Shown here piece by piece: positions 32,948 through 43,614 of a stretch of DNA of 64,000 nt. The first letter of the stretch is position 1. Each line of letters opens with the position of its first letter. The notes under the pieces are model-generated. The model did no database searches and was not told where the DNA came from. It was given only the letters and a program-made list of their open reading frames with translations. The stretch comes from an uncultured Planctomycetota bacterium. GTDB lineage: Bacteria > Planctomycetota > Planctomycetia > Isosphaerales > Isosphaeraceae. The stretch lies in the NCBI GenBank assembly GCA_963845755.1, contig CAWJTV010000036.1:128001-192000 (forward strand), in the 5' to 3' direction. Both the position numbers and the translations under genes were made by a program.

Positions 32948-34105
32948 TCAAGCCCAATATGACACTCTCCGGCCCCATCGTCGCAGCGTGTCGCGCAGTC
33001 GTTCCTGGGCCGTCCATAACGATCGGCGCATCGCCGATCCGTTGGGTGGCCGGCTGTAAAAGCCGGACAGTCCGCCGTCGAGGAAGTCTTCCGCTTCGAC
33101 GATGCCACGTGGGTAGGTGCCGGCATCGGGTGGCCGGGTCATCATATGGCATTCTGCGGCCAGGCTCCGCATGGCACGGTACTTGGCCTGGGTGCTGTTG
33201 TACTTCTGCTGGGACGCGGAGAGCAGGTGCTTGGCAGCGGCCCGGCAGGCGTCCGCGCGAACCGGGTCGCGTGTACCGGCCAGGATATTCTGAACATGTT
33301 GGTCGAGATGCACGGTGCGTAGCATCGCTTTTGCATCCGGGTCCGTGATACCACCGAACCGGAAAATCACGGAGAGCGAGGGATCCAGATAGTCGAAGTG
33401 ATGCCAGATGAAGGCGGGCATGAAGACGGCCTCGCCGGGAAGGAGCGTGTGCTCCACACCGCCGGCGAAGGTCACGAAGGTGTCCCGCTCTGCCTCGCTC
33501 ATCCCGGCAAATCGCACGGTGGAGAAATTGGCGATCGGGTGGAGGTACGGCGCCGCCTCGGGGGGAAACAGGATGACCCGCTTGCGCCCGAATCCCTGGA
33601 AGAGGAGCACATCCCGGCCGTCCCCATCTGCATGCATGTCGGACGAGTTACCGCGGTTCGCGGCGAAGATCAGAGAATACGAAGTCGTTGGGGGGACCTC
33701 CGCGAATGGCGCGGGGTTGCCGGCGATCAAGGTGTCGATGCCGAGCACGTTGAGGTCGAGATCCTTGAGCAGGCCCTCCGGCGTCGGCTCCTCGCTGACC
33801 ACGCAGCGGGTATCGGGATCGCGAGCGACCAGATCGAGATACTCGGCAAAGGTGCCGCTGGTCTTGCCGAGCTTCGGCGGCATCCGAACGCCTCGGAGAT
33901 ATCGGCGGATCCTCTCCAGATGGCCGTCGATGTAGTTGAGGCTAATCGTGATTTTCATTTCACCCAGCAGCGCGCACGCGCCCTGCTGATCGGTGATTCG
34001 CTCGATAGACCGACCGCGGAAGAGATCGGTTATGATCGCCGGTCGTGCCTGCCGGATCATTTCTGGGAGGTGGGCGGCAGGAATTCGCTCGAGTGTCTTC
34101 TTCAT
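32948..34105 (-). CDS. JmjC/cupin-8-like Fe(II)/2OG oxygenase
   Basis: SDMHAD (HxD), QGFGRKRVILFPP, TLLPGEAVFMPAFIWHHFDY. Co-oriented upstream of the NRPS. Confidence 0.85.
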   Translation of the reverse strand: MKKTLERIPAAHLPEMIRQARPAIITDLFRGRSIERITDQQGACALLGEMKITISLNYIDGHLERIRRYLRGVRMPPKLGKTSGTFAEYLDLVARDPDTRCVVSEEPTPEGLLKDLDLNVLGIDTLIAGNPAPFAEVPPTTSYSLIFAANRGNSSDMHADGDGRDVLLFQGFGRKRVILFPPEAAPYLHPIANFSTVRFAGMSEAERDTFVTFAGGVEHTLLPGEAVFMPAFIWHHFDYLDPSLSVIFRFGGITDPDAKAMLRTVHLDQHVQNILAGTRDPVRADACRAAAKHLLSASQQKYNSTQAKYRAMRSLAAECHMMTRPPDAGTYPRGIVEAEDFLDGGLSGFYSRPPNGSAMRRSLWTAQERLRDTLRRWGRRVSYWA

Positions 34106-34390
34106 CGGTTGCTCGGCGGTTTAGGTGTCTCGGTGTCACACTCGGGTTCTTGTCCAGATCGACGTGTGTCCGTGCCCTGACGGATGACTCCGGGGCGCCG
34201 AACAGGCAAGTTCGTGCGCTCGCTCATCCTTATTACGATCGACCTCTACACGACGAGGTAGGTATGCATCCAGAAGCGCGATCGGACTACATCGAGGCCC
34301 AGACCTTCACGCCGTGTATCTCAAGCCGTTAAACCCAGTACCGTTGAAATAGCGTTATACCGCACGCGGTCAGAAATGAGACATTCCATA

Positions 34391-34448
34391 CCAACCCGAA
34401 GTGTAAACGAGGCAACGGTTTGACGCCATCGCTCACGCTTCGGGTTAG
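34391..34448. repeat. REP-like palindrome
   Basis: AACCCGAAGTGTAAACGA ... TCGCTCACGCTTCGGGTT imperfect inverted repeat. Confidence 0.7.
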
Positions 34449-35523
34449 TGTCCCCAGAGGCCACGTGCGGTATAACCAGGAGAAAGGACTAGCCTTGTGA
34501 ACGACTTGTTCGCACGCTCCGCTCCCGCGTGGGAACGAGAATCAAGTCCTTTTCCGCCTTCAACTTATCGCCAATTCCACGGTCTTGCGTTTAGACCGCT
34601 TAGGGAAAATTACAAATCGAATACCGTACGCCTTTGTGTCCAGTCATGGTCACCGGGGCGATTCCCCTGAGAACTCCGTCATCGAGCATGACAAGGAAAT
34701 GGCGGGATTGGCTTCATTCTTGCGGATTTCCCACAAAACGCCGCGTTCCCGCCACTCCGTGCGCGTGTCTGGGTAAGCTACAACCGCTGCGCCAGGCAAA
34801 ACGGGCCGCGTAGCCCCTTCTTGACGCACCAACCGGCGAGCGAGTCCGATCGGCTCGAGGCGGTACCACGTGTCGCCGGCGCGGCGAAGGTCTAGTCGCA
34901 GGTGGTGCGGCATCGTCGCTCCTTGCGGCTGTGAATCCAGACATAACCGAAGCCGCGTCGTCCGTGTTCGGGACGGTCGGCGTTACGGCGGAATCGAACT
35001 CGCGGGTGCGTCGGCGATCCTCCGGGGGATACGCTTTTGCGATCATGCCAGGAGTGATGCTTGATGGCCTCCTCTTTATCAGCGGATGCCACCCCTCCCT
35101 CTACGGCCTGTGAGGTGGTATCCAGGTCTCCATTCCGATGATATCTTGTCGTATCCGCCTCCCATGGAACCTGTCAAGAGCCATGCCCCTGCCACCCGGC
35201 GACGGTCGGGTGGCGGCCTGTCTCTGATCGGTAATATCGAGCCGTCACGACTAGCGGCCGCGTATTCATCATGGTGAGAAAGCCTCGACCGACAACCGGC
35301 GACGACTGCGGTTTCCGGCCTCCAGCGCAATACGATCTGGAGCGGCAAGAATCGCAATTATGGTCAGATCCGCCGGTCGATCGCTACGGCGCACTCATGG
35401 TATCAATCTTCAGTGCGTGTTCTGTATTCCGTGTCAGGCCGTCCTTCTCCTGTTAAGAATTTGAGAGCTGTCAGGGCGAACACTCTCTCCATCGGGGATC
35501 ATTGCGGGGACCCTCGTCGTCTA

Positions 35524-35535
35524 TTGTATATACAA
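35524..35535. promoter_or_regulatory. Perfect 12-bp palindrome TTGTATATACAA, GntR/HutC-type operator candidate
   Basis: Lies in an AT-rich island ~75 nt upstream of a sigma70 promoter. A second palindrome GTATTAATAC is at 35563..35572. Confidence 0.5.
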
Positions 35536-35609
35536 ATTTGTCATTATATTTTTTGAATATCTGTATTAATACCAATATTTACGATGCTTTGCGAGGACAT
35601 GGGGGCCGA

Positions 35610-35638
35610 TTGACGGATCCGCGCGATGCCGATAGAAT
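35610..35638 (+). promoter_or_regulatory. Sigma70-type promoter for the DUF1549/DUF1501 operon
   Basis: TTGACG-N17-TAGAAT. Confidence 0.65.
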
Positions 35639-35744
35639 ATTTGCAAGCCCCTCCGCCGTTTCCATGTTCGTGAAGCATGCCGAAGATGGGGGCCGATCGG
35701 CGGATCCGCGCGACGCCGCCAGCCTAACGATGATGGTGTTCATC

Positions 35745-38243
35745 ATGACCGAGCGAACTCGGAGCAGCACGGCGGTCCTTGGGCTGTCGGCGGCGGTGCT
35801 CGCGCTGGCCGCAACCTACTCCTCGATCGCGGCAGGCGCGCCCGCCTCGGCCCGTGACCACTGGGCGTATCGGCGTCCGGTTGCTCCGTCCGTGCCGGCG
35901 GTGAAGGGCGCCTCGTGGGTCAAGAATCCGCTCGACGCGTTCGTCCTGGCCGGGCTCGAAGGAGCGGGGCTCGCGCCGCGCCGCCGGCGGATCGGCGGAC
36001 GCTGATCCGCCGGGCTTATTTCGATCTGATCGGCCTGCCACCGCCGCCGCGCGAGGTGGACGCGTTCCTCCATGACCCATCGCCCGACGTTTTTTCTCGG
36101 CTGGTGGATCGGCTGCTCGATGATCCCCGCTACGGCGAACGCTGGGCACGCTATTGGCTCGACCTGGCGCGGTATGCGGACACCAAGGGATATGTCGGCC
36201 GGGAAGAACCCAAATATCCATATGCCTACACATATCGTGATTACGTGATTCGCGCGTTCAATGAAGACAAGCCCTACGATCGGTTCCTGATCGAGCAGAT
36301 CGCGGCCGATAGGCTGCCTTCGGGGGGCGACAGGTCGGCACTGGCGGCGTTGGGCTTCCTGACGGTTGGGCGGCGGTTCGTGAATGTTATGCCGGAGATC
36401 ATCGATGATCGAATCGACGTCGTCTGCCGCGGGATGATGGGCGTGACGGTCGGCTGCGCCCGCTGCCACGACCACAAGTTCGATCCGATCCCGATCGAAG
36501 ATTACTACTCGCTCTATTCGATCTTCAACAACAGTCGTGAAGCGGCCGATCCCCCGGTGATCGGCGAACCGTCCGACAAGACGGCTTACCTGGCGTTCCA
36601 GAAAGAGCTTGCGGCGCGGCAGCTTGACCTCGATGCGTTCCTTCGGAAGCAGTATGTCGAGCTGGTTGCGCCGCTCCGGTCGGCGAAGAAGATCGCCGAG
36701 TATCTCATGGCGACGCGGGCGGCACACATCGACCCGCAGGCTTACGCGGCGTCGGGCCTCGGGCCAAGTCCGTTCATCGTCGATCGCTGGAAGAGCTACC
36801 TCGATCGCGCGGCCAAGGGAGATGATTCCATCTTCCGAGCCTGGCGGGTCTATTCCGAGATCTCTGGCCCGGACTTTCCCCAGAAGGCCAGATCGGCAAC
36901 CGCAATGCTCGCCCGCCCCCGTGCCGAGCGTCCGCTGCATCCGCTCGTATCGGCGGCGTTCCGTGGGCCCCCGCCGACCTCGCTGCGGGAGGTTGCCGAG
37001 CGATATGGCGCGCTGCTGGCGCGGTTCGATCGTCCCGATAAACTCCGCGATGAATCCGACGAGCAGTTGCGGCGGGTCTTGTACGGCGACGGGTCGCCCA
37101 CCGCCGTGCGGAGCGATCAGCTCGAGAACCTGTTCCTGCAGGACGGCCGCGAGCGATTCATCCTATTGAACGGCGCGATCGACGCCGTGAAGGCCAATAG
37201 CCCCGGCGCCCCGCCGCGGGCGATGGTCTTGCAGGACGCGGAGTCGCCCCAGCCCCAGCATGTCTTCGTTCGCGGCAATCCCGGTCGTGTAGGGAAGGAG
37301 GTGAAACCGCACTTCCTGAGCTGCATCGCCGGCGAGAATCCTCCGACTTTCACGAACGGGAGCGGGCGGCTCGAGCTGGCACAGGCGATTGCCTCCGAAG
37401 AAAACCCGCTCACCTCCCGCGTGATGGTCAACCGCATCTGGCTGCATCATTTCGGCTTCGGCATCGTCCGAACTCCGAGCGATTTCGGCACGCGCGGCGA
37501 TCCGCCGACCCATCCACAGCTCCTCGATTATCTCGCCACGCAATTCATGCGGCCCTCCGTCGGCAAGCCGGATCGCCCCTGGTCGATCAAGAATCTGCAA
37601 CGGATGATCATGCTATCCTCGACCTATCAGATGTCGAGCGAGGCCAGCCCGGATGCCCTCGCCCGCGACCCGCAGAACCTGCTGCTCTCGCACTTCAACC
37701 GACGGCGACTGGATTTCGAAGCGACTGCGCGATGCGCTGATCTTCGTCGGCGGGAAGCTCGATCCGACGCTGTATGGCCGCTCGATCGATATCGAAGCCG
37801 AACCATTTTCCAACCGGCGGACGATCTATGCCTTCGTCGACCGTCAGTACCTGCCCGGCGTCTTCCGCAGCTTCGACTTCGCCAGCCCCGAGTCGAGCTG
37901 CCCGTGCCGATTTACCACGACGGTCCCGCAGCAGGCCCTGTTCATGATGAATAGCCCCTTCGTGATGCAGCAGGGCATGGCGATGCTCGATCGGCCGGAG
38001 ATCGCCCGGGCGGCCGAGCCTCGGCAGAGAATCGAGTCCCTCTATCACCTGCTCTTCGGCCGCGCACCCAGCGAGGAGGAGGCGTCGATCGGGCTGGCGT
38101 TCCTGGAATCCGAGGGCCGGATCGAGCACGACGCGGACTCCCCGGGCGTCGGTGGACGCGAGAAGACCACGAGGCGTCTGTCGGCGTGGGAGAAATACGC
38201 GCAAGTCCTCCTGGAATCGAACGAGTTCGTGTTTGTCGACTGA
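35745..38243 (+). CDS. DUF1549/DUF1553 (PSD1) planctomycete cytochrome c-type protein (frameshifts ~35975 and ~37725)
   Basis: Signal peptide, [33 protein letters not shown] heme motif, [50 protein letters not shown]. Confidence 0.92.
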
Positions 38244-38270
38244 AACCGGACGACGGGGGCGCAGGCGGTC

Positions 38271-39713
38271 ATGCTACATCACCGGACGGATCCCGACGAA
38301 GTCTCCACGACCCGTCGCCAGATGCTCGGCACGTGCGGCATGGGCATGGGGGCGCTGATGCTGGGCTCGTTACTCAACGACGCCGCGACCGCCTCGGGAC
38401 CGGCGTCTTCGGCCAATCCGCTCCTTCCCAAGGAACCGGACTTTGCGCCACGGGCCAAGCGGGTGATCCACCTCTTCATGAACGGCGGGCCCTCGCAGGT
38501 TGACACGTTCGATCCCAAGCCGCTGCTGGAGAAGTATGCCGGCAAGCCGGTGCCAACGCATCTCCTCACCGAGCGCAAGACCGGCGCCGCGTTTCCGTCG
38601 ATGTTCAAGTTTCGCAAATATGGGCAATCGGGCATCGAGGTCAGTTCGCTGTTCCCGCACGTCGGCCGTTGCGTGGACGACATCTGTTTCATCCGGTCGA
38701 TGAAGGCCGATCTGCCCAATCATGAGCCGGCGTTGTTGCTCATGAACTGCGGCGAGGCGCGGCAGATCCGCCCGTCGATGGGGTCGTGGATCACCTACGG
38801 CCTGGGGACCGAGAATCAGAATCTGCCCGCCTTCGTCGTCTTGTGCCCCGGCGGCTATCCGAAGCAGGAATCGCAGAACTGGCACGCGGGCTTCCTGCCG
38901 GGCATCTTCCAGGGCACATACATCGATACCAAACACGCGGATATCGAGAAGATCATTCAATACATCCGCAACGACCGTTCCACGCGGCAGGAGCAGCGCC
39001 GTCAGCTCGATCTGCTCAGGGAGCTCAACCGCCGGCATCTGGAACGGCGCCAGGACGAGGCGCAGCTCGAGGCGCGCATCCAGTCGTTCGAGATGGCCTA
39101 CCGCATGCAGACCGATGCATCGGACGCCTTCGACGTCTCGCGGGAACCCCGGCACATCCTCGATCTCTACGGTCCCGGCGCGCAGGGCCGCCAGATCCTC
39201 ATCGCCCGGCGACTGCTCGAGCGCGGCGTACGTTTCGTGCAAGTCTGGACCGGCGACGGCATCCCGTGGGACAGCCACGACGACATCGAACGACAGCATA
39301 GCCTGCTGGCGAAGAACTGCGATCAGGCGATCGCCGCCCTGCTGATCGACCTGAAGCAGCGCGGGATGCTCGATGATACCCTGGTGATCTGGGGCGGCGA
39401 ATTCGGCCGCACGCCGACGGTCGAGTTGCCCGCTCCCGGTGCGAACAACGGTCATAATAACGGCCGCGACCACAATAACTACGGCTTCACCATGTGGCTC
39501 GCCGGCGGCGGCGTGAAGGGCGGCTACGTCCACGGCGCAACGGACGATTTCGGCTTCGCCGCCGTCGACAAGCCCGTCCACGTCCACGATCTACACGCCA
39601 CGATCCTGGCATTGCTGGGACTCGATCATCTGAACTTCACCTATCGATACGCCGGGCGAGATTTCCGGCTGACGGATGTTTACGGGGAAGTGGTGCAGGA
39701 AATCATGGCATGA
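38271..39713 (+). CDS. DUF1501 family (sulfatase-like) protein
   Basis: Tat-like RRQML; AKRVIHLFMNGGPSQVDTFDPKP, WDSH, WGGEFGRTP, GRDH, HVHDLHATIL, RLTDV. Confidence 0.95.
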   Translation: MLHHRTDPDEVSTTRRQMLGTCGMGMGALMLGSLLNDAATASGPASSANPLLPKEPDFAPRAKRVIHLFMNGGPSQVDTFDPKPLLEKYAGKPVPTHLLTERKTGAAFPSMFKFRKYGQSGIEVSSLFPHVGRCVDDICFIRSMKADLPNHEPALLLMNCGEARQIRPSMGSWITYGLGTENQNLPAFVVLCPGGYPKQESQNWHAGFLPGIFQGTYIDTKHADIEKIIQYIRNDRSTRQEQRRQLDLLRELNRRHLERRQDEAQLEARIQSFEMAYRMQTDASDAFDVSREPRHILDLYGPGAQGRQILIARRLLERGVRFVQVWTGDGIPWDSHDDIERQHSLLAKNCDQAIAALLIDLKQRGMLDDTLVIWGGEFGRTPTVELPAPGANNGHNNGRDHNNYGFTMWLAGGGVKGGYVHGATDDFGFAAVDKPVHVHDLHATILALLGLDHLNFTYRYAGRDFRLTDVYGEVVQEIMA

Positions 39714-39965
39714 GGGCGAGGCTCCTGGGATGGGATGTTCCGATCGATCGGATTGCATCGACCGGGTCGCCCGCGCCGGCGGATAGATCGCTGCCGATCT
39801 TGACCGCTTGCAAGCCCGAAGAGAGTCGAGGGGGCCATCGCTGGTAATCACTCGTCCGGTGCGGCGCGAGGCGGCGAGGAGGCGTCTCGTCCGGAGGCCG
39901 ACCTCGCTGATCGGCACCGTCAGAAACGTTCACGACGCAGCAGCAAAACGATCGAGGGCGGAAGC

Positions 39966-41509
39966 ATGCGAAAGGTCATCTACTTGCCGCATTACGGGGA
40001 GTTCGGTTTCCTCATCATGAATCACCTTCGCGCCGTGCACGAGGATGAAGCCGACGCGAAGATCGTCTGCTGCGAACGGGGTTACGAATGCTTGTTCCCT
40101 TCTGCAACGGGCTTCTTCCACGATTATCCGACCCTGAAAGACGAGCACCGCGGCGGCGATAGTTCCGACTGGAAATGGCAGGAGTGCGAGGATTCCGACA
40201 GGCGGCTGCGCGACCTGCTGCCGCAGAAGTATCCAGGCTATGAAGTTGTCAAGTTAAATTATGATTCACCTTGGAGGTTGAGCGGCTCGAGCAAGTCCAC
40301 TCCGAGAGCGGCGGCGGAGCTGCCGAAGGTCGATGTTGCCCTCGGGGTGCGGAAGCCGCCTTCTGCCCCGAGAAGAACTGGCGGCATTGGGATGATCTTG
40401 CCGGATCGCTCCAATCGATCGGGCTCACCGTTGGGCTCGTGGGTAGCCGGGGAAGCAGCGACGACGTCCGGGCTGACGCACGGGCCTGGGATCACTCGCA
40501 GGGCTCCACTGCGGGCAGCGTCGACCTCTTGAGTCACTGCCGCCTCTACGTTGGGACCGATACGGGGACTTCCCACCTGGCTGCGCTGATGGATGTTCCG
40601 CAACTGACGTTCAGGTTTGTGGGAAACGTGCAGGGGAACGACGATTTCTTGCCCTTGATGGAGCGCGTCAATCGTCGTTACTTCCGGCGGCTCCCTGACG
40701 CCGCATGGGATCGCCCCGATGAAGTCCTCGGGGCCGTCATTCGTAATCTGCGGGAGCTTCGAATCTGCAAGATCTTTCGGCCGGACCCATACAATGTAGG
40801 CGACATGGTTGCTCGCCCTTCGCTCTACTTTCCGCTCGAGGGATCGGATTACGACGTGCGTCTGGATGACCTGACGGCGATTCGTTCGCAGGTCTCGATC
40901 GTTGGTGGCGGCGGACTGCTGTCAACCTACGAGAAAGAATTATCGATCCTGAAGAATCAGATCATCGTCTGGGGGGCCGGATCGAATTACCACGGGGAAA
41001 CCGAGGTGCGTTACCCGGATTGGCTGGATCGCTGCGTACTGGTCGGTGTGAGGGATCATGGCACTCGTTTCCGATGGGTGCCTTGCCCGTCGTGCATGTC
41101 GCCATTGTTCGATGTGCAACGGTCGCGAAGAGCGGTCCGGGAAGCGGTTGTTTATCGCCATAGTTTGAAATGGCTTGACGGGATCCCCGAGGGGCTGGAC
41201 TTGCCGACGCTGACCAATGGGGAAGAATCACTGGAAATTGTCCTGGCTTTCCTCGCATCGGCGGAAGTCGTCATAACCAGTTCTTATCACGGTGCCTTCT
41301 GGGCGACGTTATTGGGTCGCAAGGCGATCGCCGTGCCATTTTCGTCGAAGTTCTACGGGTATCGGCATCCGCCGATCCTGGCTACGGGCAGGCAGTTGGA
41401 CGACTGGAGGAGCATCGCCAAGGATTGCACGACGTATCCCGATGCCCTGGAGGAATGCAGGACCGCTAACAATGCCTTTTACGAAGATGTTAGAAGATTT
41501 GTCCGGTGA
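39966..41509 (+). CDS. GT9-like glycosyltransferase fused to a polysaccharide pyruvyl-transferase-like domain (frameshifted ~40290-40360)
   Basis: N-part: EKNW, YVGTDTGTSHLAALMDVP (GT9). C-part: NVGD, IVGGGGLL, IVWGAG, VGVRD, VITSSYHGA (pyruvyl-transferase-like). Lower GC than flanks. Confidence 0.65.
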
Positions 41510-41808
41510 CGCACCTCTTCAACCTTTCTTCCGAGTACCGCGGTGGCGCCATGGGTGCCCGAAGAATCAATCCAGGCGCCTCTTGGCGTCGTGCTCTGGT
41601 TGTGAAGCGAGCCAGAAGGGGGCCATGCGGTCGGAAGGGCCGCGGGATGGAGCCAACGACCCTCGCCCGAACGGCTTTCGACCCCGATCCCATCGGAAAG
41701 CCCAACCTCACGACTGGCGCGTCGGGTGTGTATGAGTGATGTCCAGATGGACCTGTGCGCAAACCACGCGTGAGGCGCTCGAATGTCCAAGAACCTCTGA
41801 CCAAGAGG

Positions 41809-41836
41809 TTGACACGCCGTCCACCGGCGTTAGGAT
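41809..41836 (+). promoter_or_regulatory. Sigma70-type promoter candidate upstream of the tat cluster
   Basis: TTGACA-N16-TAGGAT, overlapped by inverted repeats AACCTCT/AGAGGTT and ACGCCG/CGGCGT. Confidence 0.45.
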
Positions 41837-42212
41837 AGAGCTAGTTCAGCTAGCAATCCTACCCCGCGTCGTCCCTGTCGAGACGCTCAGGCCGCGGTTG
41901 GCGCCGATCTGTCGGCCCTCCCATCCACTCGGCGAACCCCCGTGCTACTGCGTGTTGATTCTTCGTCTTCGGGACGATCTGATTCCGGCTTCAACCCCTT
42001 CGCGCGTCCGCGCACCGCATCTCGGGCTCGGTACTCTCTATGGGGATGCGCGATGGACCGCGTACAATCACGAGTGGAAGGTTGGGCCTCGCGGCCGGGG
42101 ATGGGGGAGTTGTCGCACCCGGGAGCGGATCGGGGTTGGCCACAGGCCGGACCGGTCGCCCGGTGGCGACGGGGCGAGGGTCGAGCGGTTGCGGTCGAGG
42201 AGAGGCGAGTCC

Positions 42213-42560
42213 ATGATCGGGTTGAAGGAGCTGGCCGTACTGGCCGCGGTCGTCCTGGCGCTCTATGGCCGATCGGGCGTGCTCAAGAGCCGGCGATTTC
42301 AGGCCATCTGGCCGTGGATCGCGCCGGTGCGACGCCCATCGGGGGGGACCAGGATTCCGCGAGGCTCGGCCACGGACCCGCGGCAGGTGGAGCCCGACGT
42401 CAAATTCCCTCCGCTCGGCGCGATCCGGCGCAGGCTCTTCCATCTCGAGGGCAACCGCGTCTTCTGGTTCACCACGATCCTGGCCGCGACGGCCGTGGCC
42501 GCCTGGGTCGTCACCCGAGTGCTGATCGTGAGCAATGCGGGGCCGGCTCCAACTCATTGA
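42213..42560 (+). CDS. Small membrane protein with a TatA-like N-terminus and a second TM helix
   Basis: GAGGAG-type RBS; MIGLKELAVLAAVVLALYG...; C-terminal VFWFTTILAATAVAAWVVTRVLI. Confidence 0.65.
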   Translation: MIGLKELAVLAAVVLALYGRSGVLKSRRFQAIWPWIAPVRRPSGGTRIPRGSATDPRQVEPDVKFPPLGAIRRRLFHLEGNRVFWFTTILAATAVAAWVVTRVLIVSNAGPAPTH

Positions 42561-42673
42561 GATCGAGACGAAACCGGGGCGTGCAGGGACTGCGGACTCC
42601 TCGGGAATCGCCGTGACGTCTTCCGTATTTCCGCGAACCTCCTTTGAGACAACGAGACTCCGCGAGGACGATC

Positions 42674-42736
42674 GTAGGGCGGGTGCAACCCACCGAGCCT
42701 GCCGGGCGTCCTGATCCGTGGGTTGCACGACCCGAC
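42674..42736. repeat. GTAG-type REP-like palindrome
   Basis: GTAGGGCGGGTGCAACCCAC ... GTGGGTTGCACGACCCGAC. Confidence 0.7.
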
Positions 42737-42759
42737 AACGAAAGGAAAGGAACCCGCTC

Positions 42760-42981
42760 ATGCTGCCGTATGCGTTCTTCCTGCCCAATTTCGGCCCCTG
42801 GGAGATGATCATCCTGGGTGGCATTTGTCTGCTGTTCTTCGGCAACCGCCTGCCCAGCGTGATGCGGTCCCTGGGCAAGAGCGTGGTCGAGTTCAAGAAA
42901 GGCGTCTCGGGGATCGAGGAGGAGATCGATCAGGCCGTCACCGCCGACAAGAAGTCACCGCCGGCCACACCCAATCCTTGA
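42760..42981 (+). CDS. tatA: Twin-arginine translocase TatA/TatE subunit
   Basis: GPWEMIILGGICLLFFGNRLPSVMRSLGKSVVEFKKG. Confidence 0.92.
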   Translation: MLPYAFFLPNFGPWEMIILGGICLLFFGNRLPSVMRSLGKSVVEFKKGVSGIEEEIDQAVTADKKSPPATPNP

Positions 42982-43134
42982 GCTCACTTCGTTCGGAAGT
43001 CTAAAGGCTGAAGGCTGAGTCGGATTTGTCGGGATTCCGCCTTCGCCCCCGAGCCTTTCTGCCTGGATTCAGGCGGTCTTTTTTCCTCGGAACTGTCTAC
43101 CTCCTACCCTTGAAGCGAGAGCGGAGTCGAAGTC

Positions 43135-43494
43135 ATGCTACCCAATCTTGGCCCGATGGAGTTGATGCTCCTGCTGGGGCTTGGAGTCCTGCTGTTCGGC
43201 AAGCGGCTGCCCGAGGTGGGCCGGTCGCTGGGCCGGGGGATCGTCGAGTTCAAGAAGGGACTCAACGGCGTCGGCGATGAGCTCGATACCTCTTCGAGCA
43301 ATCGATACACGTCGAGCTACGGTTCCTCGCACCGGACTGAGGAGTCGTCGTCCGGCGCCGCGGCCTACTCGGACGCCTCGGTGCCGAAATTCGAGCTGCC
43401 CGGCACGGTATCGAGCTCAGTCCCCTCGGGTCCGGCCTCGACGTTGACCGCAGCCCCGCAAATGGAGTATCCCCCGCCGACGTCCGGAGATTGA
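43135..43494 (+). CDS. tatA: Twin-arginine translocase TatA/TatB-type subunit with long tail
   Basis: GPMELMLLLGLGVLLFGKRLPEVGRSLGRGIVEFKKG. Confidence 0.9.
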   Translation: MLPNLGPMELMLLLGLGVLLFGKRLPEVGRSLGRGIVEFKKGLNGVGDELDTSSSNRYTSSYGSSHRTEESSSGAAAYSDASVPKFELPGTVSSSVPSGPASTLTAAPQMEYPPPTSGD

Positions 43495-43543
43495 GCGCAT
43501 TCCGCGGGCATTCCGGGAGGTTCGCGGGCGAGCGCCGGCCCCT

Positions 43544-43614
43544 GTAGGGTGGCCTGTAAGCACCAGCGTTCGTGGTCCGACCGCGCCCGGTTTGGTGCTC
43601 GGGGACCACCCTAC
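43544..43614. repeat. GTAG-type REP-like palindrome
   Basis: GTAGGGTGG..AGCACC ... GGTGCT..ACCACCCTAC, between convergent genes. Confidence 0.7.

Noticed and set aside
34106..35500. Short ORFs in the 1.4 kb gap (34650..34913, 34714..35046, 35079..35357)
   Set aside because: No recognisable motif or well-placed RBS; may be decayed sequence but cannot be supported.
35599..35718. Mini CRISPR array
   Set aside because: Only two repeats, a 54-nt spacer, no cas genes, and the repeat overlaps a promoter.
41506..42212. ORFs 41506..41739 and the 5' extension of 41736..42560
   Set aside because: Low-complexity Arg/Pro-rich translations; the credible start with RBS is at 42213.
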